A stretch of 64,000 nt of DNA from Candidatus Woesearchaeota archaeon (GCA_018653365.1 JABIAG010000003.1:158830-222829), one strand, 5' to 3'; positions 39,762 through 49,922 are shown, counted from the first letter of the stretch. Notes: generated from the letters alone by a model not told the origin. Made by a program: numbers and translations.

Positions 39762-41149
39762 ACTTTCTTAACTCGAACTCCTTTGTCAGAATCTTCTAGA
39801 ACATATCCTTTGTCTTTTATTTCATCTCTTAGTCTATCTGCTTCTTCCCAGTTCTTATTCTTTCTTGCTTCCTCTCTTTTATTAGCAAGTTCAGTTATTT
39901 CTTTTGGTACTTCTTCATTGGTATGTTCCATTATTCCTAGTACTGAATCAATCTTGTCCATGAACTCCTTGATTTCAGTAGCGTTTTCAACCCCGATTTC
40001 AATCTTATTAATCTCTGTCATAAAATTAAAGATTGATGCTAACCCTCCAGAAATGTTTAAATCATTATCCATTGCTTTCTCAAAGTTTTCTTTTGCTTCA
40101 GAGATTAACTCCGTAACGGTTTTATTATACTCTTTACTTTCAATCTCATCTAATTTATCTAAGAAGTCGTGAAATTTTCTTAGAGTGGAGGGTATGTTTT
40201 TTAGTTGGTCTTCTCTGAAGTCCATTTTTTGTCTGTAGTGAGTTGACATTAGTTCATATCTGATTGAGAGAGGGTCATACCCTTTTTTTATTAGGTCTTG
40301 TAATGTGTAAAAATTTCCTAATGATTTGCTCATCTTTTCACCATTAACAATTAGGTGTTCGTTATGCATCCAGTAGTTAGCTAATTTTTTACCTTTTGCT
40401 GCTTCAGATTGTGCTATTTCATTTGTGTGGTGGGGAAAGATTAGATCTACCCCTCCGGTGTGTATATCAAATGGTTGTCCTAAGTACTTCACAGACATTA
40501 CTGAGCATTCTATGTGCCAGCCTGGTCTGCCCTTTCCAATTTCTGTTTCCCAGTATACCTCGCCGTCTTCTTTGTCATATGCTTTCCAAAGTGCAAAGTC
40601 TCTTGCATCTTCTTTGCCATATTCGTCTTTGTTGGACAATCTGCCATCTGCATTTTGTTTTAGGTCATCTGTTTGTAGGCATGCTAGCTTTCCATAATTG
40701 GTAAATTTTGAGATCTTATAATAAATATCCCCATTTTCTGTTTTGTATGCATACCCTTTTTCTAATAGTTTTTTTACTAACTCGACCATTCCCTCTATGT
40801 GTTCGGTCGCTCTAGGTAGTATGCCTGGAATTTCAATGTTTAATTTGGTTAGGTCTGATAAGAATGCTTCGGTGTAAAATTCAGTAAATTCTTTTAGGGA
40901 CTTTCCCTCTTTTTGAGAGTCTCTTATTGTTTTATCATCAACATCAGTTATATTCATTACCTGTTTAAGTTTAAACCCTTTATACTTTAGATATCGTCGT
41001 AGTATGTCGTTGAATATGTATGCTCTTAGGTTTCCAATGTGAACATAGTTGTAAACGGTTGGACCACAACTATAGAGGCTAACCTCATCTTTCTTAATGG
41101 GTTTGAATTCTTCTATCTTTCTTGTTAGTGTATTGTAAAACTTTAGCAT
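39758..41149 (-). CDS. cysS: cysteine--tRNA ligase
   Basis: CGPTVY..HIGN, GRPGWHIECS, DIHTGGVDL.FPHH.NE, KMSKS. Confidence 0.97.
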   Translation of the reverse strand: MLKFYNTLTRKIEEFKPIKKDEVSLYSCGPTVYNYVHIGNLRAYIFNDILRRYLKYKGFKLKQVMNITDVDDKTIRDSQKEGKSLKEFTEFYTEAFLSDLTKLNIEIPGILPRATEHIEGMVELVKKLLEKGYAYKTENGDIYYKISKFTNYGKLACLQTDDLKQNADGRLSNKDEYGKEDARDFALWKAYDKEDGEVYWETEIGKGRPGWHIECSVMSVKYLGQPFDIHTGGVDLIFPHHTNEIAQSEAAKGKKLANYWMHNEHLIVNGEKMSKSLGNFYTLQDLIKKGYDPLSIRYELMSTHYRQKMDFREDQLKNIPSTLRKFHDFLDKLDEIESKEYNKTVTELISEAKENFEKAMDNDLNISGGLASIFNFMTEINKIEIGVENATEIKEFMDKIDSVLGIMEHTNEEVPKEITELANKREEARKNKNWEEADRLRDEIKDKGYVLEDSDKGVRVKKV

Positions 41150-41172
41150 AGAACTTAATTATCTGTTTGAAT

Positions 41173-42402
41173 TTATATAGTTTTCCTAATCGTTAACTGG
41201 GTGTTAAATAATTCTAGAGCTAACTCTTTCAATTTTGGTGCTTTATCTGAGTCGTCAGTTAACCTTTCTCTCTTTTCTTTTGATTCTTGTATTAATTGTA
41301 TTTCTTTTTGCACATGATTGATTTTATCTTCCTCTCCAGCGATTTTTAAATTCAAAGAATCATCCACGTTAAGTGCATTTATTTTTTCTTGTAATAGTCG
41401 ATTTTTTTCAAGTCTTATGTTCAAGTAACCCTCTTTTGTGTTCTTAAGAAGGTCTAATGTGTTTTTTTCTTGTTTTTCGCTCAAGCCAACCTCTTTTTTC
41501 CCAATACTTCGCTCCAGTCCAGTTAATATTTCGGTAATCTTAAGTTCGGTATCATTAAAAAATGTTGTAACTGGATCTTCTATGTATTCAGCAATTAGCT
41601 TGTATTCCATACTTACTTTTTGATATTTTCTTAGTGCTCTACCTAATTTTGAAAAGAATAAACTTACTTCTTCTTTGTTGGATTTTAGTTGGGTTTGCAA
41701 TTGAGTTTTTTCTTCTTTTAATTTGATGTTTTGCTTATATTCTAGACTTTCTTTGATTGTTTTGATCGTTTGTTCTTTTTCTTTTTTTTCTTTTTCTAAT
41801 TCATTGATCTCTTTGTCTTTTTGTGTTAAGTCTTGTTCTTGTTGTTTTTTTTCTTCTTCCTTTTTTTGTATTGTGGTTATGATTTTTATTACGTCTTCAA
41901 TTTTATCTAGCTTTTTTCTTTCTATTTTTTTCTTAAACTTTCTTGCTTGTAAATTGATCTCCCCAATTGATTTGTAGACCTCTTGTACTTGATTAAAGAA
42001 TAGGTGTGTTGTTGCTTGATAACTCTTTGTTGTTTTTTGTGCGAGTTCATCTAGTGTTTTGTTTAATTCTGTGTTAAAATTTATCGTTACTCTTATGGTT
42101 TGTTCTTCTGGAAAGCTTAAATTGTTTATGAATCTCCCAACCTCTGTAACAAAGCTGTTTTTTTGTCCTACAACCATGCTTCTTACTCTGTCTTCAACCT
42201 TATCTTTTTCACTTACCTGAGCTGTTCGTAATACCTCATTTTTTTCTGTTAGAACCTCTTTCTGTGTTTTTAGGTTTTCAAAATAAGCATTTATCTCTTT
42301 ACTGAAGTCAATTTGGGCTAGTTCTTCATCTAACCAGTTGTGTAATTCACTAATTTCAAGGCTTTTAGCCTTGGATTCTTCTTTTTTAAATAGCTTAAAC
42401 AT
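41173..42402 (-). CDS. coiled-coil hypothetical protein
   Basis: E/K/Q-rich heptad segments. Confidence 0.65.
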   Translation of the reverse strand: MFKLFKKEESKAKSLEISELHNWLDEELAQIDFSKEINAYFENLKTQKEVLTEKNEVLRTAQVSEKDKVEDRVRSMVVGQKNSFVTEVGRFINNLSFPEEQTIRVTINFNTELNKTLDELAQKTTKSYQATTHLFFNQVQEVYKSIGEINLQARKFKKKIERKKLDKIEDVIKIITTIQKKEEEKKQQEQDLTQKDKEINELEKEKKEKEQTIKTIKESLEYKQNIKLKEEKTQLQTQLKSNKEEVSLFFSKLGRALRKYQKVSMEYKLIAEYIEDPVTTFFNDTELKITEILTGLERSIGKKEVGLSEKQEKNTLDLLKNTKEGYLNIRLEKNRLLQEKINALNVDDSLNLKIAGEEDKINHVQKEIQLIQESKEKRERLTDDSDKAPKLKELALELFNTQLTIRKTI

Positions 42403-42455
42403 TTTATTGGAGAATGAATGTTATTCTATAAATCTTTGCTATTTACGTAAGAAGC

Positions 42456-43199
42456 CTATTTGTGTATAACGTAAAACATTTCGTTTTCAGTGTCTATTAT
42501 GTTATATTCATAACATAATCGGGTTAGCATTAGTTCAACCCATCGTCTTTTTGGGACTCTCATAGGCAGTCCAGATAGTGTTTTGGTTGCAAAGCTTATC
42601 ACTACCCAATTAGAGGGTGTGCTCTTGATTAATTCTTCACTTATTTTGTGGCTTTTGACTAATTCAACACTTTCTAGTAATTTAAATAAGAAATAAACAT
42701 CTGCTTTTGGTAATTTAAGTTCTAAAACGTCTTCACAGTACGCCTCTCCCTTTATTTTATTGTCAGAAAAGAACTTGTTAACTTTATCGACGCATTCTTT
42801 GTTAATTTCATATGCAATATATTCTGGTTTACATCCTAATTTATCGTACATTAGGGGATTTAGTCCTGCTCCTAGGTCAACTATTTTTTTAGGAAATCCA
42901 GTTATGTTGAAAATGCTTAGGTAAACGTCATAATCTCGGTCTTGAGTTGAGATGTGTTCTTTTGTTTTTTTGGCAAATGCTCCAATTCCTTTGTACAATG
43001 TTTTTTTGATGTTTTTAACTAGAGCATCTCGTTCTTTTTTCTTATCAAGTTTATCAATGATTGCAGGAGTATTTCGTAGGTATTTGATGACCTCTTTTTT
43101 TACTTTTTCTTCATTAATTTCTTTGTATTTTCCACTTCGAACTTGTGAAACTAAGTTATCTAGAATCTCTTTTTTCAACTCTTTTTTGTAGATTTTCAT
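42456..43199 (-). CDS. 16S rRNA m7G methyltransferase of the ArmA/Rmt/Sgm (FmrO) family
   Basis: HISTQDR (cf. H.STRER), DLGAGLNPL (cf. D.ACGLNP), LFKLLE..E, VVISFATKTLSG (cf. VSFPT.SL.G), terminal NE..Y. Confidence 0.75.
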   Translation of the reverse strand: MKIYKKELKKEILDNLVSQVRSGKYKEINEEKVKKEVIKYLRNTPAIIDKLDKKKERDALVKNIKKTLYKGIGAFAKKTKEHISTQDRDYDVYLSIFNITGFPKKIVDLGAGLNPLMYDKLGCKPEYIAYEINKECVDKVNKFFSDNKIKGEAYCEDVLELKLPKADVYFLFKLLESVELVKSHKISEELIKSTPSNWVVISFATKTLSGLPMRVPKRRWVELMLTRLCYEYNIIDTENEMFYVIHK

Positions 43200-43201
43200 T
43201 T

Positions 43202-43873
43202 CTACTTCTTTTTCACAACAATCATTACATGATCTTTTTCAAAAGGTTCTAAACTTCTAAAGTCAACGATTGTTAGTTCTTTTTCTAACTTCTCTCTAAC
43301 CTCTCTAAATACCTGTTTGGGTTTGGCGCCCATGTCTATGCTTCTTGCTTTTACAGATAGCATTCCAAATCCGCCCTTTCTTAGGTATTTTCGAACATTT
43401 TTAAGAAATATTTCTGCTTGGTTCCGTTGAGCTACGTCTTGAAAAATAACACTTACTTTTTCTGGAACTAATGATTCATAAGTTTCTGGGTGGAATGCAT
43501 CTCCCATTATTGGGGCTATGTTTTTTCTTTTTTCGCATAAAAACATTAATTCTATTAGGGGTCTGAATGCCGGGTCAATTCCGAATACCATGCCTCCTTT
43601 TCCAATTATGTCTGAAATATGAGATGCGGTAGTTCCTGATGCAATCCCTAAGTATAGTACTGTTTGATCTGGTCTGATGAATGCATCTCTTACTCCTTGC
43701 ATTATGTACGCGCCAAGTTTACTTCTGTTGGGATTCCACTCTCTATATTCAACTCCTTTATCTTTCTCTAGTTTTTCATCATATACTTTCTTTCCAGGAA
43801 CCAAGTTCTTTGTGAATATTCTTGGTCTTCGTCCAGGTAGTTCATATACTCCGAATAGTTTTGTAGGCTTCAT
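43202..43873 (-). CDS. flpA: fibrillarin-like rRNA/tRNA 2'-O-methyltransferase
   Basis: EYREWNPNRSKLGA, VLYLG.ASGTT.SH, QDVAQ.NQ, KARSID. Confidence 0.95.
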   Translation of the reverse strand: MKPTKLFGVYELPGRRPRIFTKNLVPGKKVYDEKLEKDKGVEYREWNPNRSKLGAYIMQGVRDAFIRPDQTVLYLGIASGTTASHISDIIGKGGMVFGIDPAFRPLIELMFLCEKRKNIAPIMGDAFHPETYESLVPEKVSVIFQDVAQRNQAEIFLKNVRKYLRKGGFGMLSVKARSIDMGAKPKQVFREVREKLEKELTIVDFRSLEPFEKDHVMIVVKKK

Positions 43874-44274
43874 CGTTTATTTTTTATTCTCCAGCAGTTT
43901 TCATCTATAAAATCATGATTTGTTGTGTTGACGTTTTCTATGAATTCAGGGGTTACTTTACACCGGTATTTTTCCATCACTTCGTACCAGGTCCATTGTT
44001 CTTTTTCATATTCGTCAAAAAAGTTTACATTCATTATGCACTTCTTGCCTCTTTGTCTTATTTCCCAGAGCGCTCTTGTTGAGGATTGGATGGGTTGGTA
44101 TGTTTCTGTACAGGTTTGTAATGCTGCCGCTTGGGTTATGTTTAGTGTAGGAAATTCAGGTACCTGGTCGTACCACAGTACTAATTCATCCACTAAGTAA
44201 TACAGGTAACCTAGTCCAAATAGTATTGCAAGTACTAGTACGCCCCATAGTATGATTTTATTTGCTCGTTTCAT
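43870..44274 (-). CDS. hypothetical membrane-anchored protein
   Basis: N-terminal TM, four Cys, overlapping start/stop with neighbours. Confidence 0.6.
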   Translation of the reverse strand: MKRANKIILWGVLVLAILFGLGYLYYLVDELVLWYDQVPEFPTLNITQAAALQTCTETYQPIQSSTRALWEIRQRGKKCIMNVNFFDEYEKEQWTWYEVMEKYRCKVTPEFIENVNTTNHDFIDENCWRIKNKR

Positions 44275-44794
44275 TGTTATAACTTATCCCGTAATGTTTT
44301 AGTACTTCGCCGCCACTCCAGTTTAGTACTTTTTCTTTTTCTATTCCTAATTTTTTTGCATATTCAAAAATTGTTTCTTCATCAGGTGCTTCAATTTCAA
44401 GGTATGTTGGAATTCCTTCTGAAGGTTCATCAATTTCAAATCGGGTGTCAGTAAGCTTGTAGCTTGTTCTTTTTTTCTTACCTGCTCTTCTTACTCTAAG
44501 TCCGATCTCTTCAAATATTTTGTTAACAATGTCAAAGTCTTTAACTTCGGTTTCAATTTCTTCTTCAATTTTTACTTTATCTTTACTTAGGCTTTTCTTA
44601 AACGTGAGAATATTTTTCTCTCCTTTTTTTCGTAGTCTTAAAAGCGTGTGGCTTTTTTTAATGCTATCGTCATTAAAATCATAAAGGTTTGAAACTAGTT
44701 CTCCTTCAAATACTTTTTCTGCCCCAAGTTCTAGTAATTTAGCAATCATTTCTTCTTTATTGATTTCTAGGATTTTGCCTTCTACCTCTTTCAC
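44258..44794 (-). CDS. CYTH domain protein (class IV adenylate cyclase-like)
   Basis: EVEGK, LRLR, LTFK, EIET, K.R..Y, YLEIE. Confidence 0.88.
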   Translation of the reverse strand: MKEVEGKILEINKEEMIAKLLELGAEKVFEGELVSNLYDFNDDSIKKSHTLLRLRKKGEKNILTFKKSLSKDKVKIEEEIETEVKDFDIVNKIFEEIGLRVRRAGKKKRTSYKLTDTRFEIDEPSEGIPTYLEIEAPDEETIFEYAKKLGIEKEKVLNWSGGEVLKHYGISYNNETSK

Positions 44795-45351
44795 TCTAAC
44801 CTCACAAACAATTTTTTTAATAATTGATAATTTTCTTCAAGTTCTTGTTTGCAAATATCTAAGGATAAAACTTTATATTTTTCTTCAATCTTATTTTTGA
44901 TAAGTGTTGTTGCTTCTTCAAAATTCATTCTTTTTTTAGTCAGGTTGCAAATAGTTGCTATCACATTTTTTGGAATTAAGAACTTATAACAATCAGCATT
45001 AGCACAAATCTCCGCCTCTTTACACTCATATTCTTGTCCATGATGTGCTTCTACACAATTAATTATTTTTTTCTTTTTATCTTCTTCTAAGGTAATGTCT
45101 TTTAACCATTTTTTTACTGCTTCTACGCTCATTCCAAGATGTTCTTGCGTTTTTCCTTCTTTTACGGCTTGTCCAAGTTTTATGTCCATTAAGATCGTTC
45201 CGATTAATACTATGTCTTTGTCAACGCCTGATTTTTCTGCTAGTTCTTGTCCTTTTTCATTTGATGTTTTGAACAATAATAAAGAGGGAGAGCCATATTT
45301 TTCGATCTCTTCTAAAGCCCATTTTTTTGCGTTTTCTATTATATCTTTCAT
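44791..45351 (-). CDS. HD-fold protein with degenerate HD motif
   Basis: LMDIK, CVEAHHG, EAEICANADC. Confidence 0.7.
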   Translation of the reverse strand: MKDIIENAKKWALEEIEKYGSPSLLLFKTSNEKGQELAEKSGVDKDIVLIGTILMDIKLGQAVKEGKTQEHLGMSVEAVKKWLKDITLEEDKKKKIINCVEAHHGQEYECKEAEICANADCYKFLIPKNVIATICNLTKKRMNFEEATTLIKNKIEEKYKVLSLDICKQELEENYQLLKKLFVRLE

Positions 45352-46058
45352 TTAAGCATCCTCTTTAATTTATCTCCAACAAATTCACCTTTAAAATAAT
45401 CTACTTTTGCTGCTATTGATATCTTGTCTGCTAGTCTGCCTGCTGCTTTTGCTTTTTGTTTAGAACTTGCAACGTATTCATGACCTAATAATACTCCATA
45501 TTTTGGTGGGCGTGCTCCAAATTTGATATGTCTAAATAATGCTTTTTCTGCCCCTAAGATTTGTATGGTAGATGAAGGAAATTCTATTAGTTTTTTCATC
45601 CCTCCTGCTAATTCAATCAGTTTTCCGCCAATCAGACCACCGGCTAGGGTGGTTAGGTTTGGATAATGTTTTTGCATTAGTTCGTTTAGTTTTTGAGTTT
45701 GTTTTTCTCTTAATTGTATGATTTTTTCACATTCTTGACGTAATAGTTCAAGACTTTCAAGGTCTTTTTTTGAGAACTCTTTTCCCATGCTTTCTTTTAT
45801 GTCGAATTGTTGCATTAGGTTTTTTCTTTCTTTTCTAATTATGTCAACAAAGTCTTCTTGTTTTATTATTAGATTTGAAACTTCAGGCAGGGTTAGTTCA
45901 TACCAGTCTCTTAATCTTTTTATTAGCATATTTAGTATCCTGTCAAGGTCTTCGATATGGGCAACTAGTTGTATTATGAAGACATCTTCTTTGATTGCTT
46001 CACGAATTTTTCCTCTAGTAAACGCAATACTTTTCTTTCTTAATTCTTGTAGGTTCAT
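45348..46058 (-). CDS. nop5: C/D box RNP subunit Nop5, N-terminally shortened
   Basis: RLRDWY...PE, PNL..LAG, PSSTIQILGAEKALFRH....PPKYG, AAKVD. Confidence 0.9.
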   Translation of the reverse strand: MNLQELRKKSIAFTRGKIREAIKEDVFIIQLVAHIEDLDRILNMLIKRLRDWYELTLPEVSNLIIKQEDFVDIIRKERKNLMQQFDIKESMGKEFSKKDLESLELLRQECEKIIQLREKQTQKLNELMQKHYPNLTTLAGGLIGGKLIELAGGMKKLIEFPSSTIQILGAEKALFRHIKFGARPPKYGVLLGHEYVASSKQKAKAAGRLADKISIAAKVDYFKGEFVGDKLKRMLK

Positions 46059-46140
46059 TGTCTATATGGGGATGGCTTGCCTTCTTAAATATTTCCCCTA
46101 AAATAGAAAAGTTAATAAAATCTTTCACGTATTTGTGAGT

Positions 46141-46416
46141 ATGGCTCTTTCAGAAGAAGAACTTAAGAGTTTTTCAGTAAAACACCGTAAAAAGATTGTT
46201 CATCACGCAGTGGGCGAAGGAATAGTGGCTGTTTTGCCTTTAGCTGCACTAGCAATTGGGTTTTCGGTTATTTTAACTAGGTCAAATTCTCAAGAACTGC
46301 TATCTCCTCAAAGATTCGGTGTTGTTAGTTTTTTACTTCCTATAGTGGTAGTTGCATATGTGGTTTTCTTATTTTTTATTATTAAAGATATTAAATCTAA
46401 AGTAAAACAGAAATAA
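46141..46416 (+). CDS. small 2-TM hypothetical protein
   Basis: ORF with two hydrophobic segments and an upstream TATA-like element. Confidence 0.5.
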   Translation: MALSEEELKSFSVKHRKKIVHHAVGEGIVAVLPLAALAIGFSVILTRSNSQELLSPQRFGVVSFLLPIVVVAYVVFLFFIIKDIKSKVKQK

Positions 46417-46806
46417 TTAACTTCCTAGTCCGATTAGGCTAACTCCAACAATTATTAAGAGTACTCCAATCCATTTCATTGTTGTTACTTTTTCTTTTAA
46501 CATCCATTTAGATAAAATTGCTACCCAGACGTAAGCTAGAGCAACAAACGGGTATAATACTGATAACTCTCCCCCTTTCAGTGCGGGAATGAATAGTAAA
46601 GTGCTTAGTGCGTAGAATATTATTCCCCAGATTAACTCTTTATTTCTTAGTATGTCTAAAATGTTTTTTATTATCTTACTAATGGAGATTTCTTTTATTT
46701 TTATTATGTAAAATCTGTCTGAACCTTTTTTTAAAAGGATTGGTCCTATAGCCCCGACGAGGGTTGCTCCAATTACTAATCCAATTGCCCAGAGTTCGGT
46801 GGTCAT
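46417..46806 (-). CDS. EamA/SMR-type small transporter (ArnE/F-like)
   Basis: ALK.GELSVLYP....YVW......LKE......G..LI..GV. Confidence 0.8.
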   Translation of the reverse strand: MTTELWAIGLVIGATLVGAIGPILLKKGSDRFYIIKIKEISISKIIKNILDILRNKELIWGIIFYALSTLLFIPALKGGELSVLYPFVALAYVWVAILSKWMLKEKVTTMKWIGVLLIIVGVSLIGLGS

Positions 46807-47174
46807 TATTCAACCACCGCTTGTTCAGTTTTACTCCCAAATCCTACAAATGAAACGCCTGCTACAATAACAGCAACTCCCAATATTTTCAGGTAGTTTA
46901 ATTCTTCGTTAAAGAATAGGTTGGACATTAATACAACCCAGATGTATCCTGTTGCTATGATAGGGTAAAGTGTTGATAGATCGTCTTTTTGTAATGCTAA
47001 TAGCAGGATTGCTGCACCTATTGCGTAAATTACTAGCCCCCCAATTACAAAGTAGTTTAAGAATATTCCGCTGAAACTAAAATTAAGATGGGGAATGCCG
47101 AATTTGTAAAGTACTTGGGCTATAGAAACGAGTATTGTAACAATTATTATCATAAACAATGCTTTAGTATTCAT
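46806..47174 (-). CDS. EamA/SMR-type small transporter (paired paralog)
   Basis: AQ.LYK.G, AL...DLS.LYP..A..YIW. Confidence 0.8.
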   Translation of the reverse strand: MNTKALFMIIIVTILVSIAQVLYKFGIPHLNFSFSGIFLNYFVIGGLVIYAIGAAILLLALQKDDLSTLYPIIATGYIWVVLMSNLFFNEELNYLKILGVAVIVAGVSFVGFGSKTEQAVVE

Positions 47175-47183
47175 AAACCCTCT

Positions 47184-48869
47184 TTATTTTTTTAGCCAGT
47201 TTTCTAGCATTACACCATATGCTGGTCTTGTAATAAATACACCTATTGAAACGCCAATTATTGTTGTGATTGCGAAACCTCTTAGTATTCCTGCTCCTGC
47301 TCGCATTAGTGGAAGCATTGCTACAACTGTGGTGAAGTAAGCCGCCATTATGATAAAGAATGCATTTTTCATTTTGGCTTGCCAGTTTGAGTGATGTTGT
47401 GTTTCTTTACGTAGTAGTTCGTCTGCAATTACTATTTGGTGATCTACGCCGGTTCCTACTACAATTATGATCCCTGCGATTGCTGCAAGGTCGAGGTTGG
47501 TACCAAATGCTGCTGCTATACCTAATAATAGTACAACCTCGCTTATGTTTGTTATGATCATTGGTAATGCAATTTTTATTGATCTGTATCGAATTAAGAC
47601 AATTCCTGCAACTACAATTATTGCTAGTAGACCAGTCAATACTGCCGTTTTTAGAAATTCTTTTCCAAGTATTGGACTAAGATTGTCTGCTTTTACAATT
47701 TTTAGTTTAACAGGTAAACTACCTGTTTTTAGTATAGTTTGTAATCTTTTCATGTTTGCTAGTGTAACACCCACTGCTTCATCTCGAGAACTGCCTATGC
47801 CCCCTCCGGTTATTTGAATTGTTGTTTCCGCTCTTCCTTTTAGTCCTGCTCCCACGTTTAATGAGTCAACTAATTGATCATCTAAGTAAAATTCTATTTT
47901 TTCACTTAATATTTCGCTTCCACTTTCACTTGTGATTACGTCTAAATCTTTTGTTACACTTGCTTGTTTTTCTGCTGCTTCAGATGATAAGTCTACTGTA
48001 AAGAAGAATTGGCAACTGTGTTGGCCGTCTGAAGTCTGTCCACATCCCTGACTTGGATTAATTCCTGAGCAATCTGAACTTCTACAAACGTATGCGATAT
48101 CTTCTCCTCCACTAAATACTGTTGTTCCATTTATTTTTGCTTCAAATTTTCCTTGGGTTCCAATTAAGGATTCTATCTCTTTTTTTTGTAAGCCTGCAAT
48201 TTCTATTAGTATGAATTGATTGCCTGATAGATCTGATGACTTTTTGATTTTAACATCGCTTAGTCCAAACGCATTTAGTCTTTGATCTAGGTTTTCAACA
48301 ACTTGGTCTATAATGTCTTCTTCAACTTTTTCTTCAGGGGTTAAAAGTACTCTCACTCCTCCCTGTAGGTCTAATCCTTTTCTTATGTTGTTTTGAGGTG
48401 CTTCATATACAGTGATTCCAATATCCGCAGTACCCACAATTATTTCGCGAGTTTCATTAATTTCAATGGTTTTTTCAACGGTTTCATTTCCAATTGTTTC
48501 ATTAATCGTTTTTGTGATGGTGTTGCCAGTATATTCCATTTCTATTTCTGGCAAGGTTTTTATTGTGTAAGAATTCTTTTCTGTTCGTAATCTGATTGTT
48601 CGATTTATTTCTAATTCACTAATGGCATCATAATAGTCGGAAACTGTTTTTATAGCATTTCCATTTACACTGGTAATTACTTCATGACTTAATGGTTGAG
48701 AATTTTTCGCAGGGCTCTCAAGTCCTGCTACGTATGCTGCAGAATCTTTTTCTACAAATCTTATTGCAACTCCTTCTTTATTTGTTGGATGTATTGCCGC
48801 TACTGCTAATAGTAAGCAAAAGATTAAGATAATAATTTTCAGGTTTGTGAAAATTTTTGGGATTTTCAT
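47184..48869 (-). CDS. secD: protein translocase subunit SecD
   Basis: GLDLQGG, RLNAFGL.D, G.FEAKI, GSLPV, GTGVD.QIVI.DE. Confidence 0.93.
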   Translation of the reverse strand: MKIPKIFTNLKIIILIFCLLLAVAAIHPTNKEGVAIRFVEKDSAAYVAGLESPAKNSQPLSHEVITSVNGNAIKTVSDYYDAISELEINRTIRLRTEKNSYTIKTLPEIEMEYTGNTITKTINETIGNETVEKTIEINETREIIVGTADIGITVYEAPQNNIRKGLDLQGGVRVLLTPEEKVEEDIIDQVVENLDQRLNAFGLSDVKIKKSSDLSGNQFILIEIAGLQKKEIESLIGTQGKFEAKINGTTVFSGGEDIAYVCRSSDCSGINPSQGCGQTSDGQHSCQFFFTVDLSSEAAEKQASVTKDLDVITSESGSEILSEKIEFYLDDQLVDSLNVGAGLKGRAETTIQITGGGIGSSRDEAVGVTLANMKRLQTILKTGSLPVKLKIVKADNLSPILGKEFLKTAVLTGLLAIIVVAGIVLIRYRSIKIALPMIITNISEVVLLLGIAAAFGTNLDLAAIAGIIIVVGTGVDHQIVIADELLRKETQHHSNWQAKMKNAFFIIMAAYFTTVVAMLPLMRAGAGILRGFAITTIIGVSIGVFITRPAYGVMLENWLKK

Positions 48870-48962
48870 AAAATGTCCTCCATTTTATGAAGCCTAAAAA
48901 TCTCTGATTTTTGTTGCACACAAAAGTTTTTAACTTTTGGGGCACAAAAACTTTGTTTTTGT
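48865..48962. repeat. cluster of four short inverted repeats between secF and secD
   Basis: TTCATAAAATG/CATTTTATGAA (48865-48891), AAAAATC-TCT-GATTTTT (48896-48912), CAAAAGTT-TTT-AACTTTTG (48921-48939), ACAAAAAC-TTT-GTTTTTGT (48944-48962). Confidence 0.75.
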
Positions 48963-48966
48963 TGTT

Positions 48967-49848
48967 TCATTGATGTTTTCTCCTATTAACATATATTTTT
49001 AGTATGCCTGCATTTTGGACCCAGGTATTCATCATGTCTACAATCAGTCCAATAAGTACGATTGTCATGATTTGTGTTATTACTGGGCTTTGTGAGAAAA
49101 TTATTGCGATTATTATTGCGGTTATTGTTGTTAGGGTCATCATAAATCCTGTTTTCATTGCAGATTTTATTCTTTCATCTACACTGCCCTCTTTTCGTTT
49201 AAGCACTTTTGTGGAAAGTAGGATGTTAGTGTCAACTGCGTATCCAATTAACATTAGAAATGCTGCTACACCTGCAGTACTTAATTTTATGCCCATCACG
49301 TTTACTACTGCCATTGTTATGATTATGTCAGATACTGCTGCTAGAACAATTGATGAACTTGGTACTATGCTTCTAAAATAAATAAATACAACTATGCCCA
49401 TAAATATGAACGCAAAAATTACTGCTCTAACAGTTTCTTTGAAAAAACTACTTCCTAGCGCACTTCCAATAGTTTCTATTGTTATTTGATCTTCTTCTAT
49501 GTTGAATTTGTTTTTTATTTGTTCTTTTATGTTATTTACATCTAGTTCTTCTGTTGAGTCGAGCTCTATAATTAGTCCGATCTGTCGCCCTGCGCCAGAA
49601 AGTGTTCTCACGTTTAACTCTCCATCATAATCTAATGAATTCTGAACTTCTATTGCATCGGTCCCGACACTGATTATCGAAATGCTGGTTCCTCCCTTTA
49701 GGGAAATTCCTTTGTTGACAAAGCTCCCTGTTGTCGAATAGTTCACAAATAAGAATATTATTGATATTGCTAGTATTATAAAGGGTATTGCTAAGATTAA
49801 TTTGCTTTTATCTTTGCGTCTATGCCCCCCTTCTGCATGTTCTTCCAT
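48967..49848 (-). CDS. secF: protein translocase subunit SecF
   Basis: GISLKGGT, IG..LG..F, AAFLMLIGY.VDTNILL. Confidence 0.93.
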   Translation of the reverse strand: MEEHAEGGHRRKDKSKLILAIPFIILAISIIFLFVNYSTTGSFVNKGISLKGGTSISIISVGTDAIEVQNSLDYDGELNVRTLSGAGRQIGLIIELDSTEELDVNNIKEQIKNKFNIEEDQITIETIGSALGSSFFKETVRAVIFAFIFMGIVVFIYFRSIVPSSSIVLAAVSDIIITMAVVNVMGIKLSTAGVAAFLMLIGYAVDTNILLSTKVLKRKEGSVDERIKSAMKTGFMMTLTTITAIIIAIIFSQSPVITQIMTIVLIGLIVDMMNTWVQNAGILKIYVNRRKHQ

Positions 49849-49922
49849 CTTCTTTAGAATCTTGGATTTATTAATAAATGTTTCGTCAAAACATTTATAT
49901 ATGTTATTTATAAAGAGACCGT

